Translations under genes and position numbers: made by a program | Source of the DNA: the human T2T-CHM13v2.0 reference genome, Homo sapiens | Assembly: GCF_009914755.1 (NCBI RefSeq) | Contig: NC_060928.1 | Reading direction: 5' to 3' (one strand) | Length of the DNA: 64,000 bases | The notes under the pieces: model-generated | Database searches by the model: none | Told to the model about the DNA's origin: nothing | What the model saw: only the letters and a program-made list of their open reading frames with translations | Shown here: positions 28,400 through 46,830 of the stretch, piece after piece | How the letters are laid out: every line of letters begins with the position of its first letter | How positions within the stretch are numbered: the first letter of the stretch is position 1

Positions 28400-30835
28400 T
28401 ATTTATTATTGTTATTTTATTTTATTTTAGATTCAGAGGTACATGTGTAAGTTTGTTATGTGGGTATATTGCATAATGTTGAGTTTTGGGCTTTTTGTAA
28501 ACCCATCACCCAAATAGTGAACACTGCACCCAATAAGCACTTTCTGTTTTTCTTTTGAGACAGAGTCTCATTCTGTCCCCTTGGCTAGAGCGCAGCAGCA
28601 CAGTCTCGGCTCACTGCAACCTCCGCCTCTTGGGTTCAAGCGATTCTCCTGCCTCAGCCTCCCATGTAGCTGGGATTACAGGTGCATGCCACCATGCCTG
28701 GCTAATTTTTTGTGTTTTTAGTAGAGACAGGGTTTCACCATGTTGGCCAGGGTGGTCTTGAACTCCTGATCTCAGATGATCCACCCGCCTCGGCCTCCCA
28801 AAGTGCTAGGATTACAGGCGTGAGCCACAGTGTCCAGCCCCAATAAGTAATTTTTTAACCCTTGCCCTGCTTACTCCAGTTTTGGAGTCCCCAGTGTGAT
28901 CTTTATGTCCGTATGTACCCATTATTTAGCTATTGCTTATACTTGAGAATATATGGAGTTGGACTTTTGGTTTCTGAGTTACTTTGTTTAGGATAATGGC
29001 CTCCATCTTCATCTATGTTGCTGCAAAGGACATGAGTTCATTCTTTTATGGCTGCATAGTATTCCATTACACTTGCTTTATCCAGTCCACCATTTACGGA
29101 CATTTAAGTTGATTCTATGACTTTGCTATTATGAACAGTGCTGCAATAAATATATAAGTGCATGTGTCCTTTGATAAAACAATTTCTATTTCTTTGGGTA
29201 GAGAGTAGCCGGATTGTTGGGTCAAATGGTAGTTCTATATCTAGTTACCTGAGAAATCCTCATATTGTTTTCCGTAAGAGTTGAACTAATTTAAATTACC
29301 ACCAACAGTGTGTAAGAGTTCACTTTTCTGTGCATCCTTGCCAACATCTGCTACTTTTGTGACTTTTTAATAATAGCCATTCTGACTGATGTGTATGGTA
29401 TCTATTGTGGTTTTGATATGCATTTCTCTGATGATCAGTGATGTGGAGCATTTTTTAATATGTTTCTCAGCCACTTATATGTCTCCTTTTGAAATGTGTT
29501 TGTTCATGTCCTTTGCCTACTTTTTAATGGGGCTATTTGCTTATTTCTTGTTGATTTGCTTAAGTTCCTTATAGATTCTAGATATTAGCCCTTTGTTGGA
29601 TTGTTAGTTTGCAGATCATTTCTCTCACTCTGTAGGTTGTCTGTTTATTCTGTTGATTATTTCTTTTGCTTTGAAGAAACTCTTTAGTTGAATTAAGTCC
29701 TATTTGTCTATTTTTGTTTTGTTGCATTTGTTTTTGGGGTCTTCGTGATGAATTCTTTGCCTAGGCCAATGTCCAAAATAGTTTTTCCAAGCTTTTTTTC
29801 TAACATTTTTACTATGAGGTCTTATATTTAAATCTTTAATCCATCTTGATTTAGTTTTTGTGTATGGTGAGAGATAGGGATCCAGTTTCATTCTTCTGCA
29901 TATGGCTAGCCAGTTTTCCTAGCACCATTTATTGAATAAGATGGCCTTTCACTATTTATTTTTGTTGACTTTGTTGAAGATCAGTTGGTTGTATGTGTGT
30001 GGCTTTATTTCTGGGTTTTCTATTCTGTTGCATTGATCTATATGTGTTTTTTCATACCAGTATCATGCTGTTTTGGTTACTCTAGCCTTGCAGTATAATT
30101 TGAAGTCAGGTAATGTAACGTAATGTAATGTAATGCCTCTGGCTTTGATCTTTATGCTGAGGGTAGCTTTGGCTATTCAGGCTCATTTTTGGTTCCATAT
30201 GAATTTTAGAATAGTTTTTTCTAATTATGTGAAAAATGATATTGGTAATTTGAGAGGAATAATGTTAAACATGTAGATTACTTTAGGCAGCATGGCCATT
30301 TAAACGATATTGATTTTTCCTATTCATAAGCATGGGATATTTTTCCATTTGTTCATGTCATCTCTGATTTCATTCAGCATTGTTTTCTAATTCTCCTTAT
30401 AGAGGTCTTTCACCTCCTTGTTTAAATGTATTGCTACATATTTTGTGTGTGTGTGGCTATTATAAATGGGAATGAGTTCTTGATTTGGTTCTTAGTTTGA
30501 GCTTTGTTGTTGCATAAAAATGCAATTGATTTTAGTGCATTAATTTTGTATCCTAAAACACTATTGAAGTTGTTTATCAGGTCTAGGAGTCTTTTGGAGG
30601 GATCCTTAGGATTTTCTAGGTATAAGATCATGTCATCTGTGAACAGAGATAATCTGACCTCCCCTTTTTCAATTGGATGCCTTTATTTATTCTTGCCTGG
30701 TTGTTCTGGCTAGGACTTCCAGTACTATGTTGAATAGGAGTGATGAGACTGGGCATCCCTCCTTGTCTTATTCCAGTTTTTAGGGGGACTGCTTTCAGCT
30801 TTTCTCCATTTAGTATGATGCTGGCTGCAGGGTTG
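28400..30835 (-). mobile_element. 5'-truncated L1 (L1PA15/16- or L1PB-like), 3' ~2.1 kb
   Basis: ORF2 remnants at 29700-29891, 30434-30631 and 30628-30852; A-rich tail at left. Confidence 0.9.
28541..28839 (-). mobile_element. AluS inserted in the L1 3'UTR
   Basis: Full reverse Alu; TSD cccaataag. Confidence 0.95.
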
Positions 30836-31532
30836 CCACTTTGATCCCGCACTGGTTTCCCTGGAAAATTTTGGGCATCAACGCTTGGAAAAAAACTTCT
30901 TCAATATCTATTGGATAAAAATAGTTACATGTTTCTTAAATTTGTATTTGTGCCATCTATTTTTCAATTTTTTCCTGGTGACTGGTCGCATGTGTTTTTC
31001 TCTCTTTTAATTTTCCATTTAAGAAATTGTCATTTTAAAAGTTAATCGATATTAAAGGTTGTCTCTGTGTACAAAGCTCCTAGCTTTTTATTTAACTTTT
31101 AAATTTAAAAATTATAAATTTCTAAGTTTTATGTACTCAAATACTCTTTACATATATTTAAGAAAACACAGAGAGAGAGAGAGAAAGAGAAAGTCAAATA
31201 ATGTCTTCGTTCTTGAGAACATCTCTAATATCTTACCATTAGGGAATTTGATTTCACTGCTTTATTTTGCAGGTTTTATTTATCTTTGGGTAGTTTCTAA
31301 GATAAACTAAAGAGCAGAGAGTCAAATCACCATTTAAGAAAACTAGAGATTTTACTAAATATTAAGTTTTATTAATAATTTTAAGAATACAGGTAATCAC
31401 AAGGCACAAGAAATGCAGGAAGAATCAATACTGTGTTCTCAGATCCTTCTTTTTGCCACATCACTATACACTGGTACAGAATAACATGTGAGATCTGTAA
31501 GCTGTGTCTGCTTACTAAGGAGAGAGAGAGTT

Positions 31533-31927
31533 TGCCTTAGTCCATTTGGGCTGTTATAAAATATGCCATAGATTGGTTAGCCTGCAAACAACAAAAATTT
31601 AATTTCTCACAATTCTGGAAACTGGGAAGTCCAAGATCAAGGTACTAGTATATTGGATGTCTGGTGAAAGCCAGCTTTCTGTTTATAGATGGTGCTTTCT
31701 CACTGTGTCCTCATATGGTGGAACGTTTAAATAAGCTTCTCTGGGCCTATTTTATAAGGGCACTAATACCATTTGTGAGGGTTCTGCCCTCAAGACTTAA
31801 TAACCTCTCCAAAGGTCTTATCTCCTAATACCATTACATTGGTTGTGGTTGGGGGTGGGATGGAGGGGATGGGGAAGAGAATTTCAACATGTAAATATGG
31901 GGGAACACAACCATTCAGATCATAGCA
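31533..31927 (-). mobile_element. MLT1A/A0 MaLR solo LTR
   Basis: tgccttagtccatttgggctg...cattcagatcatagca; TSD gagtt. Confidence 0.85.
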
Positions 31928-32126
31928 GAGTTGTTTTGATTTTTAAATATTTCCATTTTATAATCTGATAGTTACATAGCTTTTGTGACATTTTCCTAGG
32001 AGCCAAATGGCATAGATCCATTGATACAAGTTTTGTTTACCAGATACAAACTTAAAAAGACCAAGCACATTTTGCTAAAGTAGTCCAGATATTAGGACTC
32101 TCCTTGTAGAATATACCATCAGCGTC

Positions 32127-32419
<293 letters not shown>

Positions 32420-32479
32420 CCATCAGTGTCTTTTAAAGGAGCCCTATCATTAGCAAGTTTTCAAGAAATGTTGACTGTG

Positions 32480-34075
32480 TTGACTGTTCTTTTTCTCCAG
32501 CCACGTAAGTGCATTGGGGAATTAATCCTTGAGATCATTTGGGTGTGGTGGCTCATGCCTGTAATCCCAGCACTTTGGGAGGCTGAGGCAGGCGGATCAT
32601 GAAGTCAGGAGTTCAAGAGCAAGCCTAGCCAAGATGGTGAAACCCCGTCTCTACTAAAAATACAAAAATTAGCCAGGCGTGGTGGCGGGCACCTGTAATC
32701 CCAGCTACTCGGGAGGCTGAAGCAGAGAATTGCTTGAATCCAAGAGGTGGAGTTTGCTGTGAGCCGAGATTGTGCCATTGCACTCCAGCCTGGGCAACAG
32801 AGAGAGACTCTGTCTCAAATAAATAAATAAATAAATAAATCCTTGAGATGACCATAGCCCTGTCCAACACCTTGATGGATACTTTTTGAGAAACTCAGCC
32901 AAAGGAACCATAGCCAAGTTGTGCCCAGATTCTGATCTACAGAAAAGATGGGATAATAAATGTCTGTTGAACAAAGTGACTAAGTTTTGAGGTAAGTTTT
33001 TACAAAGCAATAGGTAACTGATACATATTTTGGTACCTGGAAGTAAGATTGTTGCCATACAAATAAGGGCGTGGCTAAAAATGTGGGAGTGGCTTTCTAT
33101 CCAGGCAAAAGAAAGAGGTTGAAGTTATTTTGAGTAGCTCGTTAGAGAAAGCCTAAATTGCCTTGAACAGACTGTTAGAAGAAATCTGGACTTTAAATAT
33201 GCTGTCAGGGAGAGCTCAAAAACAAGTTCCCAAGATGTTATTGGAAATTAGAGGACAGGGGAATCTTTGGTATGCAGTGGCAGAAAGTTTACCAAGATGA
33301 TCCCCTGCAGGAATGTGAAATGTAGAAAGTGTGTCTAACGAACTGTATGATGTAGCTAAGAAGATTTCTGAGCAACATGTTGAAGGTGCTGCCTGATTTC
33401 TTCTTTCTGTCTATTGTAAGGGTAGCATGACATTGAGAGAAGGACTGTTTAAAATAAGGAGCCAAAACTTGATGGTTTGGGAAATTTTCGAGCTCTTTAA
33501 TTTGCAAATGATGCTAAAATTAGGATGTATCTTCTGATTAATTTCAGGGTGTTACTAAAAAAGCATGACCTAGAGATGAATCTGAGAGTGTGACTGTAAC
33601 ATCTTTGGGCAAGTTGTCAGAAAGTTCAATGGCAGTTCCTCAGAGGAGTATTCGGTCACACAAAATACATTATAAAGAGAAGCTTAAGGACTTTTATTTA
33701 AGACATTTGTGAGCCTGGTTTTTGTCTAATGGAATAAACCCCGATAAGATTCACAGGAGGCCCGCAAGGTGACAGTACACAGTGAAAAGAGATTGGTGGA
33801 CTCCCTTATGCCCCCACAATTATACTGTCAGTAAGCAACATGAGAGAATTACTCAGCTGAGAACAAGTGTTACTCTTCACGAAAAATAAATGACTCAGGT
33901 GGCAGATCTAAAAGTCCAGATAGAGATGCAGAGAGCCAATGAAGATTATGAGACCTAAGGAAGGAACTTGCAACATGTGCCAATCGGTATGGACCAGTGA
34001 TTCATGTTTTGTTCCCATTTTTCTTCTAATTCCTTCCCCGCTTTGGGACAGGAATAGGGAGACAGTGATAGGAAT
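32480..34075 (+). mobile_element. MLT1 LTR 3' part plus MLT1 internal sequence
   Basis: The LTR end 'gcaataggtaactgataca' is followed by 'tattttggtacctggaag...aaaatgtgggagtggcttt', typical of MaLR internal starts. Confidence 0.7.
32538..32838 (+). mobile_element. AluSg-like with (TAAA)n tail
   Basis: Forward Alu; TSD aatccttgagat (32524-32535, 32838-32849). Confidence 0.93.
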
Positions 34076-34089
34076 GGAATTGGTAGTAT

Positions 34090-34445
34090 AAGAATCCACA
34101 AACTACAACATATATAACAATATGCTGAGTAAAGGAAACTAGACACAAAAGGCTGTATGCTATATCATTCTATTTACATAGAATTTAAACACTAGCAAGA
34201 GAAACTTACTGTTGTTTGATTTCAGGATAATAGTTATCCTTGGGAGTGGAAGGGATAATAATTGCACTGTATTGTATGAGGACGGCTTCTGCTTTTTCAT
34301 GTCTATGCTGCGTACATGAGTACGTTCATTTTATGAAACTGTAAACTAATAGAAATTTTCACTTTGTCAACTGTAGGCTAACACTTCATGCACTTTTGTA
34401 AATCTAGGTTATAGTTCAGTAAGTTTATGTAAGAAAAATAAAGAT
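34090..34445 (+). mobile_element. L1ME 3' end fragment
   Basis: 'atgctgagtaaaggaaactagacacaaaagg...attctatttacatagaattt'. Confidence 0.6.
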
Positions 34446-34867
34446 TTTAATTATAATACATAATAAATAACAATACAGACAAAAAAGGTAAGAATTTCCT
34501 TAGGAAATATTTTAAAGGTTAGGTTTAACATAAGCTAGGAGAAAGAACAGGTTTCATTTTAAAATTATTTCTAGAAGTAATTATCTCATAGATGAAATAA
34601 AATATTATATAACTTATGCATACACGGTATTGCTAAGATTTAAAACAAAATGCTCATAGATTGTGTTATTTAAGACATTTTTTGGTTGCAATTTCCTTAA
34701 GCTAAAAAGAGACTTTATTGTTGCAACAGTTGGTTAGTAATAATCTTTGGATTAGCTCCCCGAATCAAGAAGAATGCTGAAAGAATCAGAATCTCTCTTC
34801 TCTCCTTTTTTTTTTCCCATCTCTCATTTATTCTTGTTTTACTTTGGCTTTATTTTTGCAAATTGCC

Positions 34868-35231
34868 ACTGTGGTTGAATGTTTGTGTCCTGACTCTCCC
34901 TCCCCTAAGAAATTCCTATGTTGATATCTTTACCCCTAAGGTGATAGTATAGGAGATGGGGCCCTTGGGAGGTAAATAGATCATGAGGGTGGAGCTCTCA
35001 TTAATGGGATTAGCGCCCTTATACCTGCAAGAGATTGCTCATTCCTTTTATAATGTGAAAACACAGCAAGAAGGAGCTTTTTGAGGAAGTGGGGCCTCAC
35101 GAGATATTGAATATGTTGGTGCCATATTTTGAACTTCCCAGCCTCCAGAAATGTAAGCAATACATTTCTTCTTCTTCTTTTTTAAGTCACACAGTTTATA
35201 ATATTTTATTCCAGCAGCCCAAACTAAGACA
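34868..35231 (+). mobile_element. MLT1A0 MaLR LTR
   Basis: 'tgtggttgaatgtttgtgtcc'...'tcatgagggtggagctctcattaatgggattag'...'actaagaca'. Confidence 0.8.
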
Positions 35232-35269
35232 CAGATTTATTTCCTGTAGTGGAAGAGACAGCTTCTCAC

Positions 35270-35425
35270 AATTCAGGTTTCATCCTATTAATATGCAATA
35301 TCTTTCTCTGTGCCTTGATTTCTTCATCTATAAAATGAGGATTAAGTACTTAGCTTATAAGGTTTTTGTGAAAATTGAATGGGTTATTCAAGAGATTGGA
35401 AAGGTGCCTGGCACATAGTAAAACT
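35270..35425 (+). mobile_element. MIR fragment
   Basis: 'tctctgtgccttgatttcttcatctataaaatgagg'...'gtgcctggcacatagta'. Confidence 0.7.
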
Positions 35426-35699
35426 TGGTTTGTCTATCCAGCCTGGACTCCTCCCTTGAATCTAGTCTCATATATCTAATTGCCTGTTGGAGATCTTTAT
35501 TTAGATGCCTAAAGGGTGTATTACATTTAACATTTCCAAAACTGAGGTCCTGGTATTCTCTCCACACCTGCTTTTCTCACATTTTTCCAATATCAATATA
35601 CTCTGTTTTTCTAGTTACTGGGGCCAAACATCATCCTAGACTATTGTCTTTCTCCCAAATCCCACATCATATTTATTTATCAAATCATGTCAATTTGAC

Positions 35700-35860
35700 T
35701 GGTGCTGTTGGATAGAACTTTCTATATTGATGGAAAAGATCTATATTTGTGCTGTCCAATATGGTAGCATGACTTGATGTGGCTATTGACCCTTCAAAAT
35801 GTGGCTAATGTAAATGAGCAACTAAATTTTTTATTTAATGTTTAGTAACTTAAAGTTAAT
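35700..35860. mobile_element. MER3-like hAT-Charlie MITE fragment
   Basis: 'atagaactttct...gtgctgtccaatatggtagc...atgtggctattga'. Confidence 0.65.
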
Positions 35861-35877
35861 GCAATTGATAAAACCCA

Positions 35878-36450
35878 CAGTTCCCTAACTGTTTACTGAG
35901 ACACCCTGGGGTGCCACAGTGAACTCACACAAGTGCCAAGGTATATTTTAAATTTTCAAAGAAACACAGAAACATTAAACATCTCTTGGACATTATCTAA
36001 ACTACTAGCTCAAGATAGTTTAAAGTTCTAAAATTAGATTATGACACAGTCCTCTCAATGATCTTATATCTTTTTGAGCTTAGAATTTCCATTATTATCT
36101 CCAACAAAAGCCAAATATTGTTAGAAAATCAGCATGAAATAGGAAATAAGGTTGACATTGTCTAATTAGATTTCAAAGATTAAGAAGTTGTGCAGTACCT
36201 GACTGATACATATAACCCATTATCAAGTGTTGATTAAAAGTAAAATAGAAATATTAATTTTTCTTTTCATTGATGTATAGCATTTTTTTCAAATGTCTAC
36301 TAGGTTGTTGGGGTATTAATGATTATTAAGTTGTGTAGCCCTAACCACTTGATAAATGAAATGGTTAGAGATTTTTGTCCTGGGGACATTGAAAATGTTA
36401 CTTAGATATTATACAAGAGTGCTATAAACTGAGAAAATATAGGACTCTGT
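35878..36450 (+). mobile_element. MER119-like hAT-Charlie DNA transposon
   Basis: Start 'cagttccctaactg...ccctggggtgccacagtgaactcaca...tattttaaattttc'. Confidence 0.6.
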
Positions 36451-37641
36451 GGAGTTAGATTATTTGTTGTCTATTTTGGTTTTTATTATTTACTGAAATT
36501 CTGCTTTTAATTTTTATAACTCTAGGAAACATTGTAGGAAAATGGTGTAATGAAGTTCTTAATGCTATAAAAATTATTTATAAAAGTGAATATGTGGTTC
36601 TGGTCTGAGCCACTTTTTATGTGTTTACCACCAATAGAACTTGAAAACAATATTAAATTTGGATTAGTAACAAATGATGATCAAAAAATTTTTTAAAAAT
36701 ATAGTGAGGTTTTGGTTTCAGGAGAACTTCAAAACACAGTTTTAAAACCCTTTGGATGTGACAAAACCCAACTGAATACTGCCAAGGAACCCTTTCCTAA
36801 TTTTTTCAGCTCTTGTGTATTTGTGAAGGAATTTAATCCTTATGTTACTGATTCATTTACACTTAACTCATCAAAATGTTTGGTAAATGCTAAAACATTT
36901 GATATCCGAAGAGCTTTATGAGATTTTACATCTGGGAATTCTAAAGTTTTATAAGTAATTTTTTAACTTTTTTAGAAAGCGTATGGAAATAGAGCCTTAA
37001 ATTTACTTTACTTTGGTATAGTTTAGAAGCAAAGGGGTAGTAGACTAATGAAATGATTTTGACTGCCCCTCTTGAAACAGCTCTTGTAAGCTGTTTCAGC
37101 ATGGTAGATTTGAGTTGTCCTTAATGAAATATTATTTCAATAACTGAAAAGCTGAGTAATAGTAAAATATGTGCTTTGTTTTACTGGAAATAATCTCATT
37201 CTGAAAATGAAAAATTATATTTTAATCATTTTGCTATCTCTCTTTAATATACTAAGCCATATTGGCTAATTATCTTATTTTTCATTGGCAAAACTGTCAA
37301 AACCAACATAATAGCCTCAGTCACAGTATTTTGAGTGTAATAAATGCTGTCTTTACCCTTGAGAATGTGTCCTGCAGCAACCAACCGTTAACATGTTAAA
37401 AAACAAAAGCTTTAAAAAATGCGTTACATCACGGCTACAAAAGGCAAATGTTTTCTAATCACACTGTGTTGTTTTGCCTAACTTTTAAATGGCCTCAACA
37501 TAAGGCATTTATGAAATGAAATTAAACTCTAAGAAAATACTAAATGTGAGTAATCTTATTTATATTTAACATTTAGCTCACTAAAACACAATGTGTGGTT
37601 CTCTTGGATACACGAAGATGATGTGATTATCATTAGGACAC

Positions 37642-37722
37642 TTACTAGTTTAAATCATATGAAGTTGCCATTATTAAGAAGGACTGTGTTCGGTTATAGG
37701 CAATTTCTATGACTGAACTGTA
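37642..37722. mobile_element. Degenerate MADE2 mariner MITE
   Basis: About 80-bp palindrome 'catatgaagttgcc ... ggcaatttctatg'. Confidence 0.55.
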
Positions 37723-38489
37723 TCTGGTTATGAACACGTCAATATAGAAAGTACTGTTTCCAGAGGAGACACCTTTTCAGGAAAACCTCGTTTTCTTGTT
37801 TTAAAAAAAGCTGTTTATATCACTATCATATTTTTCTACTATAAACCTTTTCTGAATCTGGAAATAAACTTCAAATCTTAGTTGTTTGAGTCCAACAGTC
37901 AGGAGAGCCAGGTCCTGAGATTATAACCCTGAATCTCAGTGGATTACACATAATAAATTTAAGTTTCACTCATGCTGCTTGTCTGCTCTACATCTGTTGT
38001 CTTCATTGCAGGACTCAAGCTGATGAGACACTGATAGTCATGGAGACAGAGAGAAAAGGGAACACAGTGAAGAACAAGCTGGCTCTTAAAACTTTTGTTG
38101 ACAGTTTTAAGACAGTTGACTTGTGCTCGCATTTCACTGGCCAGAACAAATTGTAGCAAACCACATCTACAAACGTGAAGAAACGCAATTCTGCCAGGTG
38201 CTCCAAAATTTAGAGAACAGAATATTGGTAAACAACTCTAATGACTACAGTACTAGCACTTGAAGATAGAGCTCTTAGATTATGTAAGATCCACCATAGA
38301 ACCCAAACCTTCAGTAGCTTGGAGTTACTCCAAATTCAACTAACGAAGGATCTGTAACTATTAACACGAGTACTGGAGATATAAAAATTCATTATGCATA
38401 AAATATTGCAAAGGCAGTAAAAAAATACTATGTAGTATGGAGAAAGAAAATTTGTACCACTGTCTTATTGGGATGAACTATCTTTTAGG

Positions 38490-39298
38490 TGTCAACCTAA
38501 ATAACAGAGAGAGGCTCCCTAAAAGAAAATGATATTTATTCAAAGAATAAGGTATTGCAATGGAGATATGTATTTCATAGTAAACTATATGCATGTTCAG
38601 GGAGGTAAAGCAAGATAAAAGTTTTTAAAGGAAAAAATGAGGAGGGTAACATAACTGTTTTGAGATGATTATTCTTGGCTGTAAGGACCAATAACAAGGC
38701 TGGCACCAATTCATGTTTGAACAAACAATTGTTGGGCAGATGTTTTGCCAAAGTATATTTTGTGTTTGGTTGTGATGGCCTTTGTGCAACGTTGTTGATA
38801 CGGTTTGGCTGTGTCCTCACCTAAATCTCACCTTGAATTGTAATAATCCTCACGTGTGAAGGGCGGGGCCTGGTGGAGATAATTGAATAATGGGGGCAAT
38901 TTCCCCCGTACTGTTCTCCTGGTAGTGAGTAAGTCCCAGGAGATCTGATGGTTTTATAAATGGGAGTTCACCTTCACAAGTTGTTTTGCCTGATGCCATG
39001 TGAGATGCAACTTTGCTCCTCATTCACCTTCTGCCATGATTGTGAGGCTTCCCCAGCCATGTGGAACTGTGAGTCAATTAAACATTTTTCCTTTGTAAAT
39101 TATATTACCCAGTCTTTGGTTTGTCTTTATTAGCAGCGTGAGAACAGACTAATACAGTTGTGGTTTTTGAAGAATTTTCTGTGATAGTTTTTGTTATCAA
39201 TCATGCATGAGAATCCTTTCTTCATGGCCTTTCACGGATCTATTTGCCAGGATATTTTAAACACAAGTGACTCAATTTTTATTCTGGTAACTTTCACA
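38490..39298 (-). mobile_element. ERV1-class solo LTR (subfamily uncertain) split by THE1
   Basis: TG...CA termini with a 4-bp TSD tagg (38486-38489, 39299-39302). Confidence 0.75.
38796..39156 (+). mobile_element. THE1B/C MaLR solo LTR
   Basis: tgatacggtttggctgtgtcc...cagactaataca; TSD gttgt. Confidence 0.9.
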
Positions 39299-40282
39299 TA
39301 GGCTTAGATTTTGTTAACATATTGTGCAGTAGGAGTGGACCTTATAAACCAGTGGACATAATCTGAACCCAAGTCAGATTTGACTGCGTCATGGAGCCAA
39401 ATTGATTATTGACTATGGTTTGACATCAAGTTTACCTCCTCGAACAGTCAATTGGATGATATTGATTCAGTCAAGACTGGGGGAAAAATAATCAAGCCCA
39501 TTGTTTAGCTTTTGGGAACTTGTATGTTTATATGGACACACTCACACATATTTTCTTATTTTTTTTTCCTTATCTTTTAATTCTAGTACATAATATCAGC
39601 ATACTACATAGCCAGGGATAATGGAAACCACCACAGAGTTTGTCATTTTATTTTGTAAGGAAGTAGATTATACACACGAGTGATTAAGTAACTCTCATGT
39701 TAGTAAGAATAAATTCCTTAAAGAAATAAATTTTTAAATGAGGCAAAATTTTCAAGAAAAAACAATTTTTTGTAATAAAAAGAAAAGTAAACCAGCACAT
39801 ATAGGACTGTTCTTAAGAAGTAGAGATTCAAAAAAATATATTTAATGGTAGAACATTCAACTTCTTTAAGTTAACCAACTCAAATAATTTTGAAGTAACC
39901 ATTAATGTCACATTTAAGACTCAAATGAGCATCAATATTGTAATAATCTAGTGCTTTAAATAATTTATTTTCAAATTTTTAAAGATTTTTTTCATTCAGA
40001 ATATTAGGGCAGAAACAGTGGCAGTATCATTAACTGCTCCCAGTTATCAAAGGAGTTATCAAAAGATAAAAAGACTAAATCTATGCTAAACCCAAGATAT
40101 TATAGGAAATATTCTCTAACATATTGCTTATCTTTGCTTGATTTAAAAGACATCTGATATTGCTATAGGCTGGAAAGCTAACCCATTAGAAAGGAATGTG
40201 AAACTTTTGCTTAGAGACCACCTCGCTGCCATGAACAGATTACAAAATTAGTCCGGCAAGCAACAGAGAAAACTCAAGTTCA

Positions 40283-40625
<343 letters not shown>

Positions 40626-41902
40626 CTAGCTTTATTCACTTAGCTCTGACCATATTCATTTTTTTCTGGGGTGTTATTTTTATTTCAAATGTAACTACTC
40701 TATTTTCAAGAAAGATGAAACATTATGATGGCACCACACAACAAAGGAGCAATTCAATTACTAGGTATTCAATATAAAATAGTATAGTAAATATATTCTT
40801 AAAGTAAATGTAATGTTAAATGCATATTACAAGATAACCAATGGGATTTTTATGGAAGCACATCTTTCTTTAATTAACCATAATGTATTAATGGCTGGTA
40901 CTTGGACACTTTTTCCTTCATAGTTTAACTTTTTACCAAATAAGTTTTGACAGTTTTTAAACAAACTGTTATTTTCCATGATCGAGTCTCTGCCTACTTG
41001 TTGGGCCCAGAAATATTTTTATATTTTCTCCATTTCCTTTCAACTTTTTCCTTGGCACCTACCATTGTATCATTCTGTTCTCCAGATGGTAGGTCCTTGC
41101 CTGTGAGCCATGGCTCAAATATTCCAATATTAACTTTTCTAGATCCTTCTCATAATGTATATCCTTATCCACAATGCTTTACTGAGCCCAACCTAGGCAC
41201 TGTGGCTTCCATGGCACACTTGTCTGGAGATACTATTTCACTTCAAAGGCCCAAATCAATCCCTTTCTCATTTGCTGCCTGCAAGGTCCGATTTTCACAC
41301 TTCCACTGAGCAGGAAGTCAAACCAATGATTTTACCATCTTATTATTGTATTTATTATTTTCACATTGACATTCCCTTCAAATGACTTTAAGGTGCCTAA
41401 AATGCCAACAGGATCTCAACCAACTTTTCTGTATTTACTTGTGTGGTGTAATTCATCTATTATTCAGAAAATGCTCCCCTACCCTCACTCAGTTTATTTT
41501 TTTCATATTCTATAATTTGCGCTGTTTTAAACATTTCTTAACTAAATCATTAAAAGTTGAATTTAGTAAGATAGTTGAAAAGAAATGATCTAATTTTAAA
41601 AATTATTTTCTGTAAGGTTTTTTCAAGTAGACAAAGACTTAATACTTACATAGGTTCATCATTTCTTTCTTTTTTTTTTTTTTTTACTTTTTTTTTTATT
41701 ATACTTTATGTTTTAGGGTACATGTGCACATTGTGCACGTTAGTTACATATGTATACATGTGCCATGCTGGTGCGCTGCACCCACTAACTCGTCATCTAG
41801 CATTAGGTGTATCTCCCAATGCTATCCCTCCCCCCTCCCCCCACCCCACCACAGTCCCCAGAGTGTGATATTCCCCTTCCTGTGTCCATGTGATCTCATT
41901 GT

Positions 41903-45750
<3,848 letters not shown>

Positions 45751-45813
45751 TATGATGTTAGCTGGTGATTTTGCTCGTTAGTTGATGCAGTTTCTTCCTA
45801 GTCTCGATGGTCT

Positions 45814-46830
45814 TTACATTTTGGCATGATTTTGCAGCGGCTGGTACTGGTTGTTCCTTTCCATGTTTAGCACTTCCTTCAGGAGCTCTTTTAGGGCAGG
45901 CCTGGTGGTGACAAAATCTCTCAGCATTTGCTTGTCTGTAAAGTATTTTATTTCTCCTTCACTTATGAAGCTTATTTTGGCTGGATATGAAACTCTGGGT
46001 TGAAAATTCTTTTCTTTAAGAATGTTGAATATTGGCCCCCACTCTCTTCTGGCTTGTAGGGTTTCTGCCGAGAGATCCGCTGTTAGTCTTATGGGCTTCC
46101 CTTTGAGGGTAACCCAACCTTTCTCTCTGGCTGCCCTTAACATTTTTTCCTTCATTTCAACTTTGGTGAATCTGACAATGATGTGTCTTGGAGTTGCTCT
46201 TCTCGAGGAGTATCTTTGTGGCATTCTCTGTATTTCCTGAATCTGAACGTTGGCCTGACTTACTAGATTGGGGAAGTTCTTCTGGATAATATCCTGCAGA
46301 GTGTTTTCCAACTTAGTTCCATTCTCTCCATCACTTTCAGGTACACCAATCAGACATAGATTTGGTCTTTTCACATAGTCCCATATTTCTTGGAGGCTTT
46401 GCTCATTTCTTTTTATTCTTTTTTCTCTAAACTTCCCTTCTCGCTTCATTTCATTCATTTCATCTTCTATTGCTGATACCCTTTCTTCCAGTTGATTGCA
46501 TCGGCTCCTGAGGCTTCTGCATTCTTCACGTAGTTCTCGAGCCTTGGTTTTCAGCTCCATCAGCTCCTTTAAGCACTTCTCTGTATTGGTTATTCTAGTT
46601 ATACATTCTTCTAAATTTTTTTCAAAGTTTTCAACTTCTTTGCCTTTGGTTTGAATGTCTTCCCGTAGCTCAGAGTAATTTGATTGTCTGAAGCCTTCTT
46701 CTCTCAGCTCGTCAAAGTCATTCTCCATCCAGCTTTGTTCCGTTGCTGGTGAGGAACTGCGTTCCTTTGGAGGAGGAGAGACGCTCTGCGTTTTAGAGTT
46801 TCCAGTTCTTCTGTTCTGTTTTTTCCCCAT
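45814..46830 (-). CDS. ORF1: L1 ORF1p RNA-binding protein, intact 338 aa
   Basis: MGKKQNRRTGNSKTQS...PLQNHAKM at canonical length. REKG and ARR motifs are retained, and YPAKLS reads YPAKIS. Confidence 0.95.
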   Translation of the reverse strand: MGKKQNRRTGNSKTQSVSPPPKERSSSPATEQSWMENDFDELREEGFRQSNYSELREDIQTKGKEVENFEKNLEECITRITNTEKCLKELMELKTKARELREECRSLRSRCNQLEERVSAIEDEMNEMKREGKFREKRIKRNEQSLQEIWDYVKRPNLCLIGVPESDGENGTKLENTLQDIIQKNFPNLVSQANVQIQEIQRMPQRYSSRRATPRHIIVRFTKVEMKEKMLRAAREKGWVTLKGKPIRLTADLSAETLQARREWGPIFNILKEKNFQPRVSYPAKISFISEGEIKYFTDKQMLRDFVTTRPALKELLKEVLNMERNNQYQPLQNHAKM

